From: Thermoplasmata archaeon
Lineage (GTDB): Archaea > Thermoplasmatota > Thermoplasmata > UBA10834
NCBI GenBank assembly: GCA_041494275.1
Contig: JBGQAM010000008.1
Coordinates: forward strand, 1 to 32,000
Length of the DNA stretch: 32,000 nt
Direction of reading: 5' to 3'
Below are positions 25,784 to 32,000 of the stretch, one piece after another (position 1 is the stretch's first letter; the number at the start of each line of letters is the position of its first letter). A model generated the notes under the pieces. That model was given only the letters and a program-made list of their open reading frames with translations. It was not told the origin of the DNA and did no database searches. A program made the translations under genes and the position numbers.

Positions 25784-25816
25784 GAGAGGGCAAGCGCCCT
25801 CTCGAAACACTTTTTT
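25784..25816. terminator. Hairpin GAGAGGGC-aagc-GCCCTCTC followed by T6 (+ strand); T4 follows on the minus strand
   Basis: 8-bp perfect stem between the convergent RHH and PGI/PMI genes. Confidence 0.5.
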
Positions 25817-25862
25817 CACTACAAACTCCAACCAACGATTTGGTCTGGCACCACAGGCTTAC

Positions 25863-26903
25863 TCACTTTTTGGATAGAACCGCCTTGAGCTCGTCGATGG
25901 GTTCGTTGGAAGACGGATCCTCCCCCCGCAACAGTCCCAGGTAGGCGCTAGTGTAATCGCCCATTATGATCAAGGAGAACATCTTGGCGAGCGGGCTCAG
26001 ACCGATAGCATCGACAGAGTATACGGAGGATACCCTCCCAATCATATCCTTTGTCGCCCGGATCCGTTTCTGCATCAGTCCTAGTCGGTCTTCATGCTCG
26101 AGGAACACCGCTGCGAACCCCTTGCTCCTGGCATCCCTCACCCAGCCTACAATCTCGTTATGGTCCAATTCCGGCAGTTCAGAGCTGTAGGCTATGCTCT
26201 TGCTGTTCTCATTGAACTGGTTCGCCCACCTCTTTGCGACAGGGCGAGAGAGGCCGTATCCGATGACGAGGGGCACGCACGTGAAGAGTTCGTGAGCGAC
26301 CATCTTCGCCGGATTGTCGCTAGTCGGGACCGACTGCTTGCAGTACGCGGTCATCTTGCCCATGACCCTGACTGCTTCTTCGACCTGCTTGTCCTGCACA
26401 ACGACCCCTGACCGTTCAAGAACGCCAAGCATCGCGCCGAACATGTAGCCAAGGGAGGCTCTGGGCAAGAGGCCCGAAGGGAGCTTGGCGAAAGGAACCG
26501 ATACCGCCTCGCTCATCTTGGCAAGCTGACCACCAGCTGACAATGCGACTATCTTCGATCGCTTCTTCCTGGCGTCCTCGAACATGCTCAAGCTCTCCTC
26601 CGTGTTGCCAGAGTAGCTCGCGACAATCACTAGAGAGTCTCTACCAACGTGACCTGGGAGGACGTATGATCTGTAGACTTCGCACGGGATCTCTGAGGAC
26701 ACCTCGAGCCATGCCTTGAGAAGATCGCCGCCTATTGCCGATCCACCCATGCCGCACACTATGATTTCCTTGGGCACGAACCTCGGAAGCCCAGACATTC
26801 GCCCGCGCCTGAGGCCGTCTGCCAGATGCTTCGGAAGCGCCTCTATCGAACCTAGCATGTCCTTTTGATCGAGCGCCCGGACTCTCTCCTTCGAATCCAA
26901 CAT
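25863..26903 (-). CDS. Bifunctional phosphoglucose/phosphomannose isomerase (SIS-domain, archaeal type)
   Basis: CGMGGSAIGGD and VIVASYSGNTEE motifs. ATG at 26903 chosen because ATTTATAT (26927-26934, minus) is centred 27-28 nt upstream. ORF-track start is 26984. Confidence 0.82.
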   Translation of the reverse strand: MLDSKERVRALDQKDMLGSIEALPKHLADGLRRGRMSGLPRFVPKEIIVCGMGGSAIGGDLLKAWLEVSSEIPCEVYRSYVLPGHVGRDSLVIVASYSGNTEESLSMFEDARKKRSKIVALSAGGQLAKMSEAVSVPFAKLPSGLLPRASLGYMFGAMLGVLERSGVVVQDKQVEEAVRVMGKMTAYCKQSVPTSDNPAKMVAHELFTCVPLVIGYGLSRPVAKRWANQFNENSKSIAYSSELPELDHNEIVGWVRDARSKGFAAVFLEHEDRLGLMQKRIRATKDMIGRVSSVYSVDAIGLSPLAKMFSLIIMGDYTSAYLGLLRGEDPSSNEPIDELKAVLSKK

Positions 26904-26926
26904 CAAGCGCTTGTATTGGCGTGCGG

Positions 26927-26934
26927 ATATAAAT
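26927..26934 (-). promoter_or_regulatory. TATA box (ATTTATAT on minus strand) for PGI/PMI
   Basis: The spacing to the ATG at 26903 implies a leaderless transcript. Confidence 0.5.
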
Positions 26935-27057
26935 GAGTGCTTTGGCCTATCATGCGGTGCTTGCCGGATGCCCAGCGAAAGCATCTAATAAGGAACCGCA
27001 GATTCTTCGCAGCGTTAAGGATTCACGAGCATTGTCCGCATAGGAGTACGGAGAGTT

Positions 27058-27801
27058 ATGAAAGGAGACGGTAGGGGGGCCAAGAGCGATGGTCAGGAAA
27101 GCGAGTCGGAAGGCATCATTGTCGCGAAGGGCGTGAAGAAGGTCTACGACTCGGGGAAGGTCAAGGTAGAGGCGCTGAGAGGAGTCGATCTCGCGGTCAA
27201 AGAGGGGGAGATGATATCGGTCATGGGCCCGTCTGGCTGTGGCAAGACAACGCTCCTCAATTGCATATCTGGGCTGGATGACCTGTCCGAAGGTGAGGTC
27301 CTCATAAGAGGGCAACCTCTGTCTAAGATGAGCGACCGCACAAGAACGAAGTACAGAGCTGAGAAGATCGGTTTCATCTTCCAAGCCTACAACCTTCTCC
27401 CGGTTCTCACATCCGCTGAGAACGTCGAGCTCCCGCTTCTGCTCTCCGGCATACCTTCCAAAGAGGCCCGGGGCAAAGCGTTGCAGGCATTGAAGGCCGT
27501 CGGGCTCGAGGATTGGCAATCGCACAAACCAGCAGAGCTCTCCGGTGGCCAGCAGCAGAGAGTCACGATCGCCAGGTCTCTAGTGAACAAGCCTGAAATC
27601 GTGTTTGGAGACGAACCGACCGGCAACCTCGACAGCGAGTCATCCAAGGACATCATGGCGCTGCTCAGGAGCCTGAACAAGGAGAATAGACAGACCTTCA
27701 TCATCGTCACCCACGACTACAACATTGGGAGGATGGCCGACAAGATAGTCATGATGAAAGACGGGCTGGTCGAGAAGCAATTCGCGCCAGCTCCTTTCTG
27801 A
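27058..27801 (+). CDS. ABC transporter ATP-binding protein (MacB/LolD/FtsE-like)
   Basis: GPSGCGKTT (Walker A), LSGGQQQR (signature), IVFGDEPT (Walker B). A roughly 18-aa Gly/Ser/Glu-rich N-terminal extension. Confidence 0.9.
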   Translation: MKGDGRGAKSDGQESESEGIIVAKGVKKVYDSGKVKVEALRGVDLAVKEGEMISVMGPSGCGKTTLLNCISGLDDLSEGEVLIRGQPLSKMSDRTRTKYRAEKIGFIFQAYNLLPVLTSAENVELPLLLSGIPSKEARGKALQALKAVGLEDWQSHKPAELSGGQQQRVTIARSLVNKPEIVFGDEPTGNLDSESSKDIMALLRSLNKENRQTFIIVTHDYNIGRMADKIVMMKDGLVEKQFAPAPF

Positions 27802-27811
27802 GGGAACTTGA

Positions 27812-30715
27812 ATGAACGGACTCCAACAGCTGGCACTTTTGGTTCTTATCACACTAGCAGCAGTCGGCCTCCTTGCGACGAGAAGGAGAATCTTCGCTCG
27901 GATGGCGCTCAGGAATATCGTGAGGAGGAAGAGATTTGCCGTGATCATCGTTTCGGGTCTCCTTGTCGCCACTGCGATGATATCCGGGGCACTAGTCGTT
28001 GGTGACACATTGGACTATCTGATCAAGAAGAGTGTCTTCGACAGCACTGGAAACGTGGACATCGTAGTTTCCGTTTGGGACGATGCGGGACAGTCGCTCT
28101 ATTTCAATGAGAGTGTCGGCAACGACCTCGTCGCATCGATCCATGCAGGGAATCTCACTTATGTTGACGGCGCAGAGCCAGTTCTGACAGAGGGTGCGAC
28201 GATGATCAACCCAAAGACAGGTGCGTCCTCCCCGAGGAGCCTGATTTTCGGTTTCGATCCTGACAATGCTGTCAATCCTCTCCTTGACCAAGCAGGTAAC
28301 CCTGTCACCTTGGGAGACATCTCCGGGGGCAAAGTGGTCCTCAACAAGGGGCTGGCTGATGAGCTGGAAGCGTCCCCTGGGGACACTCTGCTGTTGATGA
28401 CCCAGAGCGGGATTCCTTTCTCGGCACAGGTCTCAGTTGTAGCGAAAGATACTGGCATGGCGAAGTGGAATTACTACAACATCGCCTTTGTGGATCTCGG
28501 GTTTGCTCAAGATGTGCTATTCAATAGATCTGGAATGATCAACGGCATTGATATCTCCTGCAAGGGAGGGATCGAGAACGGCTATATCGTGACGGACCAG
28601 GCCGTGCAGGAGCTCAGAACGAAACTTGAGCCGGGCTACGTGTATCAGTTCAACACAATCAAGAAGGACGGCATTGAGTCCGCTCAGACGACTTCTGACA
28701 TGGTTTCCCAGATATTCATCATAATGAGCTCGTTCGCAATCATCGCAGGGATCGCCCTGATAGTCAACATCTTCGTGATGATGGCCGAAGAGAGAAAACC
28801 GGAGATGGGCATCTCACGTGCCATCGGGATGCAGAGAGGGCACCTTACTCAGACATTCATGTTCGAAGGAGTAGCATATGCACTTCTGGCGTCGATTGTG
28901 GGCGCCTTTGTTGGGCTAGTCGTGGCTGCGGTGATGATCACGCTCTTCTCGACCGTCATGGGAGGTGCCGGAATCACCTGGGCCCTTCATTTTGAATGGA
29001 ACAGCATAGGGATCGCGATGTGCGCTGGATTCCTCATCACGACCGTAACGGTGGTCGCCGCTTCTTGGAGAGTCAGCAAGCTCAATATTGTTCGTGCGAT
29101 CAGAGACATACCCGAGCCGATGCTTGCCAAGTCAGAGAAGAAGTACGTAGTCACGGGAATCGCAGGGATCGTGCTTGGAGTGCTTCTCACTCTATCAGGA
29201 AGTTCATCCAAGCAGGCAATGAGCATCATGGCAGGACCTTGTCTGCTCGTGCTGGGAGCCTCGCTGGTAGCTGTGAGATTCGTCAGTCCGAGGATCCCAT
29301 TCACTCTGTCCGGCATTTTCATGATCTTCTGGGAAATAGATCCGACAGACTTCAAAACGAGTATCTTTGGTGAGTTGTCTGGCGGGTTGGAGATGTTCAT
29401 CGTTTCGGGAGTCATCCTTGTCACCGGCGGTGTTTTGATGGTCATGTTCAACAGCGACATGCTCCTCGACGGCCTGATGAGCATCTTCGGGCGGGGAAAG
29501 GCGCTGATGCCCGTGTTCAAGGTCGCGATCAGCTACCCATTGAACAAGAAGTTCAGGACTGGGTTGACGCTCTTCATCTTCTCGCTCATCATGTTCACTG
29601 TAATAGTCATCGCGATGATCGCGTCCTTCCAGCGGGAGAGCGTTGACGCCACTGCGCAGAAGTACTCCGGAGGATATGATATCCTGGGGATATCCATGCG
29701 AGATATCCCTGCTCAGAATCTCACGGATGGACTTGCAGCGTTGGACAGCAAGTTTGGAGAAAGAGTGGTCTCCAACGTGGAGGTCGCGCGGACTGCGCCG
29801 GCAACAATCATCGTCGAAGGCGTCAACGACACGAGGACCAGCACTCTGATCGGATTTGCCGGCTCCATGTTGGCTACAGGGAGCTTCTCACTCTCCCAGC
29901 GGGCGGCTGAATACAGCTCAGATGCAAATGCTTGGATTGCCGTGGCGTACGACCCCACCCTTGTGATCATGGATGGGAGCGTCGTGAGGCAGATGTATGG
30001 GCCAAGCTCCGGGTCTTTCTTTGTGGACATTGGCCAAAAGCTAACGATAGTGTACCAGAATGGAAACGCAGCGAATGTGACAGTTGTCGGCATCATGGAC
30101 CAAGTATTCCTGAAGGGGATCTTCACTTCATCCAGTTCCGTGCTGCAGAACGACCCGACGTCTCACGAGAATCTCCTGTATTTCGCTATCTCCAACAGCG
30201 TTTCCGCCAAGAACTCGGATATCGGGAAGGAGATGGAGAATATCTTTGTCGAGTACGGTCTTCTGACCTATGTGATAAGGGATCTGGTCGAGCAATACAT
30301 GAGCACGGTGTCGTCCGTCATGCAACTGATGGAAGTCTTCCTCGGCATTGGATTGATAGTGGGAATAACCGGCCTTGGAATCATCACGATTAGGAATATC
30401 GCGGAGCGAAAGCAGGAGATAGGTGTCATGCGGGCCATTGGCTACCAGAGAGATATGGTCCTCAAAGTCTTCCTGCTCGAGACGACCTTCGTGTCTCTGC
30501 TTGGAATAACGCTGGGAGTGGCCCTCGGTCTAGCATTGTCTTGGAGGCTATACGATTTCGGAGGGTTCTCGGAGAACGGGCCCTTTGTGATTCCGTGGGC
30601 CGAGGTCCTCATGCTAACAGGGATAGCGTTCGTGATCACCCTGGCCTCGACATTGCCGCCATCTCGGAGGGCATCAAGACTGGCCCCGGCTGAGGCTTTA
30701 AGAAAGGTCGACTGA
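27812..30715 (+). CDS. ABC transporter permease with two FtsX/MacB-type modules and two large extracytoplasmic domains
   Basis: Two copies of the pattern ALRN/ISYPLNKKFR-TM, a roughly 220-aa loop, then three TMs containing ERK.E.G..RAIG. Extra central TMs. Confidence 0.85.
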   Translation: MNGLQQLALLVLITLAAVGLLATRRRIFARMALRNIVRRKRFAVIIVSGLLVATAMISGALVVGDTLDYLIKKSVFDSTGNVDIVVSVWDDAGQSLYFNESVGNDLVASIHAGNLTYVDGAEPVLTEGATMINPKTGASSPRSLIFGFDPDNAVNPLLDQAGNPVTLGDISGGKVVLNKGLADELEASPGDTLLLMTQSGIPFSAQVSVVAKDTGMAKWNYYNIAFVDLGFAQDVLFNRSGMINGIDISCKGGIENGYIVTDQAVQELRTKLEPGYVYQFNTIKKDGIESAQTTSDMVSQIFIIMSSFAIIAGIALIVNIFVMMAEERKPEMGISRAIGMQRGHLTQTFMFEGVAYALLASIVGAFVGLVVAAVMITLFSTVMGGAGITWALHFEWNSIGIAMCAGFLITTVTVVAASWRVSKLNIVRAIRDIPEPMLAKSEKKYVVTGIAGIVLGVLLTLSGSSSKQAMSIMAGPCLLVLGASLVAVRFVSPRIPFTLSGIFMIFWEIDPTDFKTSIFGELSGGLEMFIVSGVILVTGGVLMVMFNSDMLLDGLMSIFGRGKALMPVFKVAISYPLNKKFRTGLTLFIFSLIMFTVIVIAMIASFQRESVDATAQKYSGGYDILGISMRDIPAQNLTDGLAALDSKFGERVVSNVEVARTAPATIIVEGVNDTRTSTLIGFAGSMLATGSFSLSQRAAEYSSDANAWIAVAYDPTLVIMDGSVVRQMYGPSSGSFFVDIGQKLTIVYQNGNAANVTVVGIMDQVFLKGIFTSSSSVLQNDPTSHENLLYFAISNSVSAKNSDIGKEMENIFVEYGLLTYVIRDLVEQYMSTVSSVMQLMEVFLGIGLIVGITGLGIITIRNIAERKQEIGVMRAIGYQRDMVLKVFLLETTFVSLLGITLGVALGLALSWRLYDFGGFSENGPFVIPWAEVLMLTGIAFVITLASTLPPSRRASRLAPAEALRKVD

Positions 30716-30761
30716 TACCTTCTGGTTGGTAACTGCAACATCGCTAATATCATCAGCAAGC

Positions 30762-31481
30762 ATGCGCGAAACTATGTCTCCAACTGCCGTGCTAGATGCA
30801 ATCCAGGAGCTCCGGCAAGGCCGCATCGTGCTCGTCTATGACGCGGATGGGCGCGAAGAGGAGACAGACATGGTGGTGGCCTCGGAGTACGTGAACCCCG
30901 CGGTCATAAGAACCCTACGGAAGGATGCGGGTGGATTGATCTGCACGACTGCAGACACTCGCATACAGAAAGCCTTGGGACTTCCATTCCTCAGCGAGCT
31001 ATTCCTCGGGATGGCAGAGCACTACCCCGTCATGAGGAACCTGATACCGAACGACATCCCATACGATGTGAAATCGGCATTCGGAATCACGATAAACCAC
31101 AGGAAGACCTTCACGGGCATCACGGATAACGACAGAGCGATGACGGTCAAGGAGTTCGCTGAGTTGTCCAGAAAAGCGCTGACCTCAGAGGACGGCTGGG
31201 CAAAGAAGGAGTTTGGCAAGAGTTTCCGTGCCCCAGGTCACATCCATCTGCTGAACACGTCGGAGAGGATACTCGAGACCAGATTCGGGCACACTGAGCT
31301 CGCGACGGCGCTCGTGGTAATGGCAGGACTTGTCCCGTCCGCCACCGTTTGCGAGATGATGGGCGACGACGGCAGAGCGCTTTCGAAGCAGAAGGCGAAG
31401 GCCTACGCGAAGAGACATCAGTACGCATTCCTCGAAGGCGCTGAAGTCGTAGAGGCCTGGAAGACTTTCGGGAACAGGTGA
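30762..31481 (+). CDS. ribB: 3,4-dihydroxy-2-butanone-4-phosphate synthase
   Basis: IVLVYDADGREEETDMVVASEYV and RFGHTELA motifs. ATG at 30762 (alternative 30774); the ORF-track TTG is at 30726. Confidence 0.85.
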   Translation: MRETMSPTAVLDAIQELRQGRIVLVYDADGREEETDMVVASEYVNPAVIRTLRKDAGGLICTTADTRIQKALGLPFLSELFLGMAEHYPVMRNLIPNDIPYDVKSAFGITINHRKTFTGITDNDRAMTVKEFAELSRKALTSEDGWAKKEFGKSFRAPGHIHLLNTSERILETRFGHTELATALVVMAGLVPSATVCEMMGDDGRALSKQKAKAYAKRHQYAFLEGAEVVEAWKTFGNR

Positions 31482-31487
31482 GCGCTC

Positions 31488-31943
31488 ATGGTTCGCGTAA
31501 TGGCGACAGGGGTTTTCGATATCCTCCATTTGGGCCATCTTCACTACCTAGAAGAATCGAAGAAGCTCGGCGACGAGCTCGTCGTGGTCGTCGCAACAGA
31601 CACCACCGTCAGAAAGAGAAAGCACGAGCCCATCACGCCTGAGAAGATGAGATGCGAGCTCGTGGCCTCACTGAAACCTGTGGACAAGGCAGTCCTGGGC
31701 AGGGAGGGAGGAGACATCTTCGAGATCGTCAAGGATCTCAGACCAGACATTATCACCCTGGGTTACGACCAACCCTTCGACCAGCAGAACCTGGAGAAGG
31801 AACTTCGGAAGCGGGGGTTGAAGGTCAAGGTCGTGCGGATGCCTCACTTGGACCACGACCTCGACGGCACTCGCAAGATAATCAACAAGATCATAGAGTT
31901 CCAGACGGCCGACCAGAAGCTCAAGGAGGTCGAGAGGCGATGA
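31488..31943 (+). CDS. ribL: FAD synthetase (archaeal FMN adenylyltransferase, cytidylyltransferase fold)
   Basis: ATGVFDILHLGHLHYLEESKKLGDELVVVVATD matches the RibL N-terminus. GGTGA lies 7 nt upstream of the ATG. Confidence 0.85.
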   Translation: MVRVMATGVFDILHLGHLHYLEESKKLGDELVVVVATDTTVRKRKHEPITPEKMRCELVASLKPVDKAVLGREGGDIFEIVKDLRPDIITLGYDQPFDQQNLEKELRKRGLKVKVVRMPHLDHDLDGTRKIINKIIEFQTADQKLKEVERR

Positions 31944-32000
31944 AGCGGATCGGGATCGCAGACACGACCTTCGCGAGAGTCGACATGGGCGGCTTCGCGA
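31940..32000 (+). CDS. ribC: Riboflavin synthase, archaeal type, 5' fragment (cut by the window end)
   Basis: MKRIGIADTTFARVDMGGFA matches the conserved archaeal riboflavin synthase N-terminus. ATGA overlap with the ribL stop. Confidence 0.7.
   Translation, partial: MKRIGIADTTFARVDMGGFA

Noticed and set aside
25595-25831. 78-aa Cys/Ser/Leu-rich minus-strand ORF in the RHH / PGI-PMI intergenic region.
   Set aside because: It overlaps the RHH 3' end and runs through the terminator hairpin. Low-complexity composition, and no motif, promoter or Shine-Dalgarno sequence.
25265-25862. RHH protein as the antitoxin of a type II toxin-antitoxin pair.
   Set aside because: No toxin-sized ORF follows or precedes it on the same strand. 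Downstream there are only 195 nt of non-coding sequence with a terminator hairpin.
26904-26984. 27-codon N-terminal extension of the PGI/PMI ORF.
   Set aside because: A TATA box (26927-26934) lies inside the extension and is spaced 27-28 nt from the internal ATG at 26903.
30716-30761. Possible FMN riboswitch or leader upstream of the ribB-ribL-riboflavin synthase cluster.
   Set aside because: The gap is only about 46 nt, far too short for an FMN aptamer, and no conserved FMN-element sequence was seen.

Overview
Archaeal (euryarchaeote-like) chromosomal segment with about 34 tightly packed protein genes on both strands, almost all housekeeping. Many genes overlap at start/stop (ATGA, GTGA, TGATG). 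Recognisable genes: AspRS, NadA, a four-subunit 2-oxoacid:ferredoxin oxidoreductase (delta-alpha-beta-gamma) followed by an orphan ADP-forming acyl-CoA synthetase beta-type subunit, Psd and PssA (archaetidylserine pathway), an MptD-like protein, a THEP1-like NTPase, Trm1, PurA, type IA topoisomerase, RFC small subunit, a TtuA/Ncs6-type tRNA thiolase, SHMT, PGI/PMI, a MacB-type ABC pair, and RibB-RibL-riboflavin synthase (cut by the window end). Features absent from the ORF track, found by reading the sequence: (1) a canonical box C/D sRNA on the minus strand at 5464-5524 with its own TATA box; (2) a 49-aa ribosomal protein L40e gene at 19984-20133 (minus); (3) perfect palindromes bracketing the TATA box of a tandem ribbon-helix-helix gene; (4) TATA-like elements centred 27-29 nt upstream of several start codons, suggesting leaderless mRNAs. 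I saw no CRISPR array, transposase or integrase, tRNA or rRNA gene, or recognisable defence system. Candidates for undescribed biology are modest. They are a translationally coupled two-gene membrane module (22168-23705), a fused tandem Lrp/AsnC-like regulator (18625-19674), a small 2-TM protein, an atypical Hjc-like nuclease, and a 280-bp unexplained intergenic region. My tally of stop codons over 34 genes is TGA 22, TAG 9, TAA 3, so TAG is not depleted. Family calls rest on motif recognition from memory, not on searches. Several start codons were reassigned from the ORF track and remain provisional.
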